Positions 40,701 through 52,528 of a stretch of DNA of 62,711 nt are shown here, piece after piece. How positions within the stretch are numbered: position 1 is the stretch's first letter; each line of letters opens with the position of its first letter. The translations under genes were made by a program, and so were the position numbers. Source of the stretch: Intoshia linei. Its lineage: Eukaryota; Animalia; Orthonectida. The notes below the pieces were generated by a model. The model searched no databases, was not told the origin of the DNA, and worked only from the letters and a program-made list of their open reading frames with translations. The stretch spans positions 1-62,711 of the forward strand of contig LWCA01000068.1 in NCBI GenBank assembly GCA_001642005.1, in the 5' to 3' direction.

Positions 40701-42348
40701 GTGCTAATTACGAGGGTTCCATTAATGGAACATTGGTAACATTGAGTACTAAAACACAAATTATACTATTTAATGATAAATCTTAAAACATTTTAAGTGC
40801 ATATTTTTGTGACATTTTTCACATAATTTGTATGTATTCTTATGACACACTGCACATCGCGCCTGTTTTACTTGACTAATCAAGTAATGATTTAATCCAT
40901 CAAATCTGAGCTCCTGCGGTGGGTTTGAACCAGGTCCAGATAATATACTATTTGTCATAGATGATAAACTTTTGACAAGATATACAGCAAGAACGGATCG
41001 AAAAGAAATGTGTGATTCCTTCATATTATCTCTTAAATGCTCAATAAATAAACAATTTAAAAATATTACTATTTTGATAAATTCTCCACGATGCTAACAC
41101 TAAAAAATTAACTGCATTGATAAAAAAATTCCAATACCACTTTTTGCTTTGCAATTTTGGTCGATAGGATGATAATAATTTGTCCATTAAATCAACACCA
41201 CCCATAAATTTATTATATGAATCAATTAATAAGGGCTGTTCAATTATTTTTTTCGATTTAGATTGTCTACACCACATCCTAGTTTTTTTAATATGATAAC
41301 ACCTAAAACAAATAAATATAATATATTATAATTATACAATGCCTTCAAAATTTGAACCAACTGTAACAACAGCATTGTCTTTCCATCGAAAAAACAGAAC
41401 GGAACCATCATTAATATAATCCATGTATCCTTTTTCTTGTTTTATTATTATCGATTCAGATATCAGTGGAGCACTGTTTGTTCTATTATTCTGTTGTTCA
41501 GCTACATCATTAGGAAGAATGTTCATTATTATCTGGTGGCAAAAGAGATATGCTTGCGGTTTGATCCAAATCTTGTAAAACTTCTTCAACAAGTGTTTTT
41601 TTGGCATATTAACAATTTAATTTAAGTCAATTTAATGAAATTGATTGTAAATAAAATTAGAATATAACTAAGTAGACAGGTCATTAAAATTTGAAATTAA
41701 ATACCAGGTCACGTGAATCATGTGTACTAACATATGTATAATATTTATATTTGCTGTATGTGCGCAATGGTTAATACGTAATGCGCACATATTTTCTTGT
41801 CTACAATGATATTTTTATCGACTCATAACTATTAACTGTGCACTGATTTTCAAGTAATTTTTTTTTGTCTGATACTACACTTCATCTGGAGTTTTATCAT
41901 TAGAATAACAAATTAAATTCATTTTATTAAATTAACTTTAATATTATTTCAAAACATGAATTTTTTTACATGTTTTTTTCAGTTATATTCAACCGTTAAT
42001 TGTATATATAATTAATTATGAAAATAAAAATATGTCAATTTTATCAAGAAGCGGAGAATTTAATTTACCAAATTTCATATTTATAATAATGAACCATGGT
42101 ATAACTTAGTCACTATATTGTATTAAATCTAGTGTTCCATTAATGAAACACCGGACAGTAAACGGTTAATGTTGATATTTTAGTTAGCGAGCATATTTAC
42201 TAATATTACAATGTACGAACGGATAAATTTTGCAAAGCAAGAATACTTTTGGACTGGATCCAAGTTTTTTAACCCTTATAATGGAGGATGCCTGCGAAAT
42301 GTGCTGGTTTATTTTCGTATCCTAAAAGAAATTAAATTTACGAAATAA
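34743..42348 (+). CDS. ZDHHC17: Ankyrin-repeat DHHC palmitoyltransferase (ZDHHC17/13, HIP14-like)
   Basis: Ankyrin repeats (AIHWLA, PIHWAC, GDTPLHWAC, NTLHFA); CHVCKLRIPDRAKHCFKCNKCILNFDHHCNYVDNCIG; last exon 42184-42348 TNITMYERIN...NPYNGGCLRN. Confidence 0.9.
37540..37980 (-). mobile_element. Tc1 DD34E transposase pseudogene fragment (ZDHHC intron)
   Basis: FIFQQDNV*PH...SPYSPNLSHIENLW; D (37788-90) to E (37683-85) spacing is exactly 34. Confidence 0.85.
38415..38682 (-). mobile_element. Short complete non-autonomous Helitron (268 bp)
   Basis: Minus strand A|TCCTAACTTATATAATATGCTACGCG...TGTCTGTCTGTGTG...GCTGTTTGTACGTAGTACATAATAG...CTAG|T. Confidence 0.85.
39810..40015 (-). mobile_element. 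IS630/Tc1 (DDE_3) transposase fragment
   Basis: YLPPYSPFLNPIDNVFSVWKNIIKR on the minus strand. Confidence 0.75.
40586..42165 (-). mobile_element. Internally deleted PGBD3-like piggyBac in the last ZDHHC intron
   Basis: TTAA TSDs (40582-85, 42166-69); TIR CCATTTACTGTCCG / CGGACAGTAAACGG; WKDNAVVTVGSN, YNKFMGGVD, KKWYW, C-terminal Cys-rich RCAVCHK..CEKC...HLKCFKIYH; palindromes at 40716-40731 and 42134-42149. Confidence 0.9.
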
Positions 42349-42891
42349 ATTATTAATTAATACATGATATTGTTTGTAGTGTAGTAAATTATGTCAAATT
42401 AATTTTATTAAAATCAGTCACCAAAATGGGTTGTATAAAACCTGGTCAATTAAAAATCTTTAGATTATTCAGATAAAATTAGGGAAGGATAACATTAATT
42501 CTTGAAGACTAATATAAGTACATTTTTGTGTTACATACATAAGAAATGTATATACAAAGTGTCGGTAATAGTATTTTAATTATGATTGTTTTAAAATGTA
42601 TATTCTATCGGATCTACTGGAAACGAATTATTGCATCGTTTATTGAAATGTATTTATATTTGATTCAAAAGACTTGATCATATGGAAGTTTGAGATAGGT
42701 TTGACAGCTTAAAATATATTGTCAATTACAAAGATCTTGGATACACTTGTGAAACGTAAAAAATTAAACTAGACAAATTCAATTACAATGTACTAGTTTT
42801 TGTATAGAAATTTTAAAATTGGTAGTAATTTAATTTTTATTTGATAAATGCTAATAAACTTGTTTTTTTATTATTTTATGATAAAATTTTA

Positions 42892-45800
42892 ATGGAAAAG
42901 GAATTGAACTTGTATCACGAAAAACAATTTTTACAATTTTGTGCCAAACATACCTTAAATAACTTGTACCAACAACATCTTTTTACATGGACCAAACTTA
43001 ATTATATTGCTCACAAGTTTATTATTGTTGATTTGTACATTTATTTTTAGATTAACTCCAAATTTTATTTTCAATCCACATCGGTCCATTTTTTTAATTG
43101 GTAATTATGATGTCAATGTCATTATGAAGGTATTATTTTTTATTTATATACGTGTTTAATTATTAAATTAGTCCTGTCGACAGTGTCGCCCTTTAGAGTT
43201 CTTAAAGTTTAGTTGTTTGAAAAATAAAAAATCAAAAATAAATAACAATATACAATTAGTTACAACAGTATAATATATGTCATATATGCTGAAAGCAGTA
43301 GCGGATCTAGGCGGTGCAGAGCGGACGTCCCCTGGCCTGACAAATGTGCCACTAAATTATGTTAATTTGTGTATTAACATTGTGAAAAATTAAAAAAAAA
43401 TTTTAGGACCTATCGTTTAAATTACATGTATATAATGATCATTAATCTATGTATTGTTTTTTATGCCAGTAACATCAGTTTAATTTAAATTATCGGACTT
43501 AACGTTGTTCATAACATTGTCCAACAAAATTTCGACAAACTGACCGAAACTTTTGTTATATGTAAATGAACCAGTCTACATCTATTTTTAAAAAAAATTT
43601 ATTAATTTCAAGATCGACTTTGGATTTAATTAAGAGTCAAAGTTTTTTTTTAAAGAGGTACACTCCACTGTGAGGTCTATTTACAATTAATATTGTATAT
43701 TACAAATTGTAAAATTGACAGATAGACATACACATCTACAAATGTATAAAAAAATTGTCATTAATTATTTAATTACCTTAATTAATTAACTCTAAATTTT
43801 AAGGCAACATCGACAAACAATATGAAATAAAAATTTTCTGGATGTACTACTTACATTACATGTAAAATCAACTTTTTCGAGTTAACCCTAGACGAATCTT
43901 GTTTAATATCAAGGTTTAAATGAGAGATATAAATTTCAAAAATTAAGATATAAGAAGGTATTAATTAAAAATATTTAATAAAAAAAATAATAATTAGATA
44001 AAATTAAAATTTATTTTTTATTGAACGCCACCAAACCAAATCACAAATAATATATAATGATCTACATCTTCTAAAACGTCTTTCATATAACATCATAGTT
44101 TGATGAAATTGTTCACCCTTTTCGTCTGACCACATACGACAGTTTAGCGCAAAGAAATCTAAATGACATTCTAGGTAATGCATTTTTATTCTATAAAGGC
44201 AGTTCATTTCTTGGTATTTTATCAATAACTCTTCGATAAAATCCTTGTAATTTTCAGATTGATTATTTCCAAGAAAAAATGAGATTACATTTTCCAAAGC
44301 ATTAAGCGCATCTTTTTGTTCAGGTTTAAAGGTAGATCGAAAATGTACAATGTACATCTTTTAATAGTTTTCTAATTTGTGGGCCATATAGTATACCAGC
44401 CATTAATTTAGCGTCGCTGAGATTAGGAAAAATTTATGATGGTCGCAGTAAGTTTGTAGTATACGTGTTGGACAGTGTAATTCTTGGTTTAAATCTTGTT
44501 TAAATGTTTCGTTGAGAATGCAATTATAAAATTAACTCATCACTTTAATTAATTGAAAGATGTAATAAAAACTTTATTTGACATCTAAAACGTGTCACTA
44601 TGTTTTTTTGTGGGTAAAAATTTAATAGAATAGTAAAATTACTAATTAAAATATCACATGTTTTCGATCTTTAATTATATTCAAATTAATTAATCAATTA
44701 TCTTCATTTTTTTTAGTCAAAGTATAAAAAATAAAAATAATTTTTCTGCCACCCATAGGTGTGCTAGAACCCGTTTAAGAAACTCTCGTATAGAACATAA
44801 AGGTTAGGTGTGAATTTTAGTAGATTTTTTGGAAAGGGGCAGGAACGGATAAAATCCGTATGATAGTTTTATGGCTATACTGAAAAAATAAATGATTTTG
44901 GATAATTTTTTGCCTAGACACTTGCCATTTTAAACATTTTTGTATGGTATCTTTAAAATCGCAAGCCTCTCCACAAATTTTTGTCTAATTTAAATAATTT
45001 ATTTTGTATTGTCATTTTTAATTAATTACTCAACTTTTTCCGATCTTGCACTTAAATTTTTAAATTTTGTCACACCTCTAATAAAGTATTTAAGAGTCAA
45101 TTATATGGTAGAACTCCTAACAGCGAAAAATGTCATTGTTATCTTGAAACTTTTTTAATGGTTTAATGAATCTGACATTAAAGAATTTGTCTTTATTAAA
45201 ATTTCATCGTCCTTATGCCCAGTTTTATAATTTCTGTGAGTTTTTAAGTACGAGTTACTTTAGGTGAAAATCTTGAATCTATGCTTTCATTTGAATTTAA
45301 ACGACCATGATTATGGATCTTTTATAAAAATCAATGTCCTTTTAAGAAAAAGCCACTTACATTTTGACCCTTTTTAGAAATATCGTTGATATTATCATAC
45401 AAATAGGTTAGTATTGAAATAATACCCTTTAAATGTAACATGACAGCTAAAATTCGTGTTTAGCGATATTCTGAAAGGAAGTTATTTCTACTATTAACTT
45501 TTAAAAAACATTTCAGTGGTTTAGGCCCAACTTTAACTAGCACTTAATGCTAATTTGATAATAAATGAATGAAATGTTTTTTTTCGATAATACATTAAAA
45601 TGATATATATTATGATTGAAAATGTCCACTGGGAACCTTATTCTATAGTGTTGATCATGGGGAAAAGTTGATTTGTTATTTATGTAGTTTTTTACATTCA
45701 CACAGTTAACACATTCTTATAAATCTATTTTTTAATGTTTAAAATTGATTTTAACATGTTGAATATAGTAATTGAATAATGTATTGTATAATCTAGATAA

Positions 45801-46698
45801 ATGTATTTATTATTCTCATTACAGTCAATAAAAAGTTCGATATATTGATAGAAATATTTTTACATTTGATTTAATTATAATTAGGCTGTTGAAGTCATTA
45901 AATCAAGAAATAAAACGACAAAAACTGACACAGATTCAAATGTAAAGAAATACAAAATTTTTTATGGGCAAAATGCATATGAACGTGATTTTAATATCAA
46001 ATGGCATGATTCAAGAAAGTATCCATTTATTATAAATTTAGAAATGATGATTCCACATTGGAATGTGGGATAATTTATGCATGCTTTAATATTAATTGAT
46101 ACATTGAAGTATCTAATTTATAGACATTTAATTATGTTAAAGATACTTGACCAAATACGATATTTTTATAAGTGGTAAAAGAATTTACAATATTTGTATC
46201 GCGTATTAAATCTTTGAGAAGACCCCATTAACCTTAGTTTGTAACGTATATTTTTGTATAGGGTTGATATTTTTGATAAAATATATACTCACTCAATTTT
46301 ATCTATAATTTCAACAAGAAAATGTAATTTAAATTTTACAGATTTATTATTAGTTAAATCAATTTAAAAGTTGAAATGGTAGAGAAAATTGACGACTGGT
46401 CATATTATACTTGGTTTATTGGAAAATTTTATAGTGTAATTTTAGAGAATTCAATGAAGAATTGGCTCATGAATCGTTTGGATTCATTTTGAATTTATCT
46501 AGTGGTGGAATATTTGGAACATTTAAAAAAAACCATTGGATAGCAATGCGTAAAATGTCTGACGGATATTTTTACAATCTAAATTCTGAATTGGAAAGAC
46601 CTAAAAGATTTGACGCAATAGAAGATTTTTTGGACTTTGTCAATACCGAAATCAAAGACCATGGCGCCCAATTACTAATTGTTATGAAATGTTTTTAA
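42892..46698 (+). CDS. Josephin-domain deubiquitinase (JOSD1/2-like)
   Basis: YHEKQFLQFCAKHTLNNL; NPHRSIFLIGNYDVNVIM; exon 45885-46018; GFILN...NHWIAMR...FYNLNSEL. Confidence 0.9.
44004..44420 (-). mobile_element. DNA transposase remnant (CMC/Chapaev3-like) in the Josephin intron
   Basis: FLGNNQSENY...KMHYLECHLDFF...SDEKGEQFHQ; superfamily assignment from recall of this motif. Confidence 0.65.
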
Positions 46699-46995
46699 CT
46701 AAATCAAATACAATGTATATATAAGATTAAAACTTTACATACAGTGTACACTTTATCTAATTGAATTTAATGTATTTCTAAATGGAATGCTAAACAATTT
46801 TGTCATATTTTGTAACATGAATTTAATACAATTAGTATTTCTTTGTATGGTAGAATTAATAGATATTGATATATCGATTATTGTGTATATAATGATAACA
46901 TTTGTTGTGTTGAATATATATAAATGTTATTAAAGATATTTTGTACATTTTTTTAAATGTATTGTTTAAAATGATATAAGTGAACATTCTACACA

Positions 46996-49785
46996 ATGAT
47001 TGGGTTGATTGTAATGCTCGGAATCTTTGCTTTCGTGGGAGTGATTGGAAATGGTTTAGTAATTATAGTTTATACATCCATCAGATGTAGAAACATTAAC
47101 CAAAAATTTTTAAACTTTTTTATACTGCAAATGACTATTGCCGATTTTATAGTGTGTCTAGTATTACAAATTTTCTCAATATACATGGAATACAATCAAT
47201 GGACTGTTGAATATGATTGGATTTGTAAATTGTACCAATTTGTGGTAACATCCTATATACCTTATTCTATTTTTTTAACAGTAACTTTCTAATAATACAT
47301 GGTATATTATGTTTAGGTTGCCATTGCTGTAGAACGATTCATAACCATTTGCTTTCCTTTTCATCGTAGAACAATGACATTATTTCGCGCAAAGATTGTA
47401 TGTTTATTGTGTTTTATAATGTCAATATCACTTTCTTTGGTGGTTGTTTTAATGTATGGAACATACAAAAAAATGATTGGATTTTCTCAACAATTTAATA
47501 CATCTCAGTTGAATGTTACGCAAGTTAAATCTTTTCATATTTCAGGGTTTAATGTCACCAAAATCAAAGGTATGCAACTTTCCGGACTTTCTATGGGTCA
47601 ATTTCAATTTCTCAATCTTTCACGACTCAATACGTATCAATTGAAATCTTTAAATATTAGTGTTAATACCTATTATACTGGAATCTGTCAACCTACTTTT
47701 ATACACTTTTCTCAAAAATTTATGACAATTTATCAAACAGTTTATTCTAATATTTTTCTAGTTTGTTTATTGTTGGTGCTTATTCTTTACATTTTTTTAT
47801 TTCGAAAAATTGTTAAACAACGCAACAAAGCTAAAAAACTGAAATCTGGATACCAAATTATTAACAAAAAATTAGAAAATAAAAAAATTGATAATAAATT
47901 GATTAATAGTATAACGAAATGTGGATCAAGATTAAAACCATACAGGTAAATTATTCATGTTTGATAGTTTTTCTTTCTTAACTAAATAAATTAAAATTCA
48001 TAATTTGTTTACCTTAAGACCGTCTCTCTAAATACATATTGAAAAACTTTTATCGTCACCTTGTACAATAATTCACATTTCACAACAAATTTAATGCATA
48101 CTCAAAGTCAGTGATTTCCAACCTGTGGGTAATTTAATATTTTTCATGGGTAATCGCGAAATTTGTTCTAAAAAATAGGATTTTTTTTAGTTTTTTTTGT
48201 CGCATGCACAGTAATGTATAAAATATAATTTTTCCCATTGATTCCTTCAGGGTCAAAAACACAATTTCCCCTTTCTTTTAAAATTAGAATTAGTTTTTTA
48301 AAAAATTTTATTTAAATTTACTATTAAAAAAATTATATGGCTTATTTTAAACACCTGACCATCTAAAATGCAGTTAAACAATATAGTGGGTAATATCAAA
48401 ATAAGTACTATAATATAGGTAATGTAGTAAAAAAGGTTGGGAAACACTGCTCAAAGTAGACGTTAATTTGATAATAATAGAGGGGCTACAGTCAGATGTA
48501 ATATGGTGTAATCACCATAAAATGCTTTTAAGGCAATTCCTCTTCGTGGGACTCAACGATATTTTTGTAATATAGAGGCTTCATTTTTTCAAATTGAGCA
48601 TTTCAAAATTACATTATTGGATATCATAATTATTTTGTGTATTATATTAAAAGCCATTTCAAAAGACTTGGGTAGGTGGAAATGGGTTATGTGACACTAC
48701 GCATTAGTGTATTCAACTTAGTTTTTTTTATTTTTATAGGAGTGCTGGAAATAATTGATGTGTCTAACGGGTGCTAAATTTAAAAAAGGTTAAGAAACGC
48801 TTCTCTATGGCACCAAATGTAAATGTGAATTCATCGCTATTTACCAGGGGTCTCAATTATGCGGCACCAATTGTGGAATGTGCGACCCACGTTATAATAT
48901 AAATTTTTTAAATATATTTCTTTTTATAATTTTTTCATGATTTATTTATGACTAGTTTGACTGTTATGTACTACGTACAAACAGCACCTAGCTCTGCCGA
49001 GGGCACATTTTTATTATACCAGAAAAATAAATTCAATAAGAAAAGCTAACCTAAAAATGATACTATTCACTATTATAAATAATTTAAAAAAGTGGTTCCA
49101 AACTTGTTACATGTGGACCCGTCATTTTCGTATTTTTATAGCAGTATAACAAGTAAGTTATACTATAGTTACTATACTTAAGTATAAATTGGTTTTTTTT
49201 AAATCCTGCCACTATTGATTTTTTTAATAAATGGTTACACACACAGACATTCATTTTATATAAGTAAAGGATTACAATTTTAACATTATTTGTACACTTA
49301 TTCCATTATTATTCTTATTTCATTTTATGAATTAAAATTATTATAAATAAATTAAAACTGTTATACATGTTATATATATATGTTATACATTCGCATTTTT
49401 ATAGGAAATTTTGGTCAATTTTGACAGTTTTTAATTGAATTGACAACATAAAGTGTCAACTAGAACTATCCTGCAATTTCCCAAGTTACTTTGATTCCAA
49501 AATTTTATATTTAATTTTAGAAAGAAAAAAGACATATATCTTCAACAATCAAAAATAAACTCATTAATAGCTAATTTAAAAACTGCAATCATGCTTTTTG
49601 TCGTTACTTTAGTATGTTTTATAACCTATCTACCGTCTTTTCTAATGACATTTGAATTAATACCATATATACGAATAATATTTTATTTTTACTTTATCAA
49701 CAACCTTTCAAATCCTATTATATACTTTATTATGAATAAAAAGTTTCGAAAAGACTTTAAAAAAGTTTTTTTTATTAAACATTAA
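46996..49785 (+). CDS. Class A GPCR (peptide-receptor-like orphan)
   Basis: TM1 GVIGNGLV, TM2 MTIADF, ICKLY, AVERFITICFP, TM6 CFITYLP, TM7 NPIIY; introns 47281-47316 and ~47946-49520. Confidence 0.9.
47503..47658 (+). repeat. Four 39-bp (13-aa) coding tandem repeats in GPCR ECL2
   Basis: SQLNVTQVKSFHI / SGFNVTKIKGMQL / SGLSMGQFQFLNL / SRLNTYQLKSLNI. Confidence 0.75.
48109..48449. mobile_element. hAT MITE with perfect 8-bp TSD
   Basis: TIR CAGTGATTTCCAACC / GGTTGGGAAACACTG; TSD ctcaaagt on both sides. Confidence 0.85.
48952..49271 (-). mobile_element. Non-autonomous Helitron, complete ends
   Basis: A|CTAG head with the family hairpin; acacacacagac...taagtaaagga|t tail. Confidence 0.8.
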
Positions 49786-50482
49786 ATTTCATTATTTTTT
49801 TGTTATACTAGCTTGATGTACAATGTACATAAAGTAAAATATGTACATACATAAACATACACTGTATTGTTTACAACGTACATTGCACAAACAGTATCTA
49901 GCTCTGTTATGGTCCGCTTTTTTAATTTTTATCAAGCTGACAAAACAATAAAGTAAAACCAATAAAATTATGGTTAATACCATTCATTAAACTTATATAA
50001 ATCAAGGGACCACATGGTCCTTTGAGAACCACGTGTATAAATTAACTAATCGAATATATGTAAACATAATAATGATTCTAAACTAATTATAATATGCAAA
50101 ATTTCATCATTGAATTAACTAAATAAACAATTAACTTTTACATTCTAAAATTTATGTACCAAAACTATCTACATTTGTTTAAAACAAGCTTGGGAGTCAC
50201 TGATTTACAGTGTTGATAAAAGTGAATATAGTGAGTAGCATGTTTGGCAATTGTAAGATATTTATGTACCATATTTTATTAAATTTAATTTTTTGGTAGA
50301 ATTCAGTATGTCCACCTGCAGAACCTCTGTATTCAGTGACTACAGACTACTAGTCACTAATTGTAAAAAGTAAAGATCAGTCAAGCTGGCGTAATATTGT
50401 TAAGATTAGTAGATTGAACATAATATTCTACAGTAGATTTATTATTTATTAAATAAGAAATTTATTACAATAAAAATATACA

Positions 50483-52086
50483 CTAATTATTTCTTTTACG
50501 TAATCGATACTTAATGGAATTTGTGGTATCAATCTAAGATAAAAACTTTAGAAAATGAAATATAAAAATAAATAAATATACAGCTTCAGTTTGTTCATTG
50601 TCCTCTTCTAAATCACTATCATTATACTCTTGGAGATGTTCATAGTCTAATGGAATTTTTTAACTGATACAGTGGAATCCGCTTATAAGAGACGTCTCTT
50701 ATATCCGAAAAATCAAAATAGTAAAAACTTTAAATAAATAAAATTTTAAGTAATATATGTCGTATAGAATGTGTAAAACTTTCATTTATATTTTGTTTTA
50801 ATTTTGGGTTTTAGTAATTTTTTTTGAACCAAACTTTCAAGGGGGGTTTTTAAGATTTTTTTTGAACCAAACTTTCAAGGGGGGTTCTTAATATTTTTTT
50901 TGATCACAATTGCCTGTCCACTATAAGCGGATTTTTATCCCTTATATCCGGAGTTTCTTATAAGCGGATTCCACTGTATATTAAAAATTTTAACGTTTTC
51001 ATTCTTTACTTCCATAAAATTAACTACGTGTTCCAGAGTATAATTATTACTACAAATTAAAAATTCTTAGACTATTAAAAAGAATAAATTCTCATACAGT
51101 TTTTCAAAGCGGATGTAGTCTCCTGTTTCATTCTAAGAAACCCGAGTTTGACGTGCAAAAACGCAAATTACCAATATTTTTTAAAATATTTCCCTCAATT
51201 TTAGTCTATCATTAATAAATACCTTCATCTGCATCAATAGTATCTTGAATTGACATATTTTCGTTTTCGTCAGTTTCAATTTGTATTAGTTGAGTTTCAT
51301 CGTTTTGAAATATGGACAACTATAAATTTCATTTACAAATAAAAGTTAAAAAAATAAAAGTAGGATGAACCAATAAAAGTTTTTAAAAACAATGAAAATT
51401 TTTTGAAATTCAAATTTTATCAAGCGACCCTTAGCCGCTGTGATTGGATACATGAAAATTAACAAAACTTTACGTTTTTGAAAGTAGAAAATGCATTGGT
51501 TGTAACATGATTAATAATTTGAGATGCATATGTCATAAAGATTGTATAACCATAACTTTTAGCTTTTTCTATATACGAATCAATGTCCTAATCAAAAATT
51601 TAACATTTAACATTTAAAAAAAAAGAAACGTTTTCTTTCTGTACAAACCATGGATGGATAAATTTTTTATACAAAATACTGGATCCACGAGTAGTTCCAG
51701 ATAGCAACCATAGTAAAAATATAATTTTAATTTCATAATATAGAGGTAACCTAATTATAAAAATGAAAAGATACAAAAATATAATACCAAGAGAAGAAAA
51801 TATCTGTAACAAATTCAATGATATGAAAAATTGAAAATACAATCCAATACATCATCCAAGATACCTACATATTAATTGAAATAATTTTATTCAGATTTTA
51901 TATTAAATTTTACGTGTAATTTCACATTTTTTGTTTTAATTGTTTTGTATGAGGCGTACAATGGATATGCAACACCAAAAATCAATCTAAAATTTTAATT
52001 TTAATAAAATTAATTGTATTACATGTCAATTTTACTATTTATGCCAAAAATTACATGAAAATGCGAGACAGGAAACAAGAAATCAT
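50483..52086 (-). CDS. REEP: Receptor expression-enhancing protein (REEP1-4 type, TB2/DP1/HVA22)
   Basis: [10 protein letters not shown]|[17 protein letters not shown]...|[10 protein letters not shown]...|[33 protein letters not shown]. Confidence 0.9.
50670..50976. mobile_element. pogo/Tigger-type MITE in a REEP intron
   Basis: TA TSD; ~21-bp TIR CAGTGGAATCCGCTTATAAGA. Confidence 0.85.
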
Positions 52087-52528
52087 ATTTGAAACGTGAA
52101 TATTTATTTAAAATAAATCGGTATTATTTAATTTACCATAGCTATTAAAATTTATTTAGGTGACAAGGAACAGTGACATAAGTTGTATAAAGTGTACAAT
52201 TTTATATACATTTTTTATTATTTTGACTAATAAAATTTAATTTTTAGATTACAAATAATTTAAGTAATTTTTAATTATATTAAGTAACGATAACATAATA
52301 TTTAGACACTTAGCTTCACATTTTAACTTATCTGGTAAAATAATATTGTATGTATGTTGCAAACTGTGCTATTATAATTTATAAAGCCTTTATACACATT
52401 TTTCTAAACATTTGAATTTTAAAATATCGTTGCAAATAAATTATCGTAATGAATATAACGTTATAGTTTCATAAATTTAAGATTAACAATAAATTTCGTT
52501 GTAAATTAAAATCAAATATCGCATAATT

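Noticed and set aside
42184-42348. ZDHHC-piggyBac fusion analogous to CSB-PGBD3
   Set aside because: The transposase is antisense to the host gene and internally deleted.
42427-42760. Possible small gene between ZDHHC and Josephin (MGCIKP...)
   Set aside because: No consistent spliced frame could be built.
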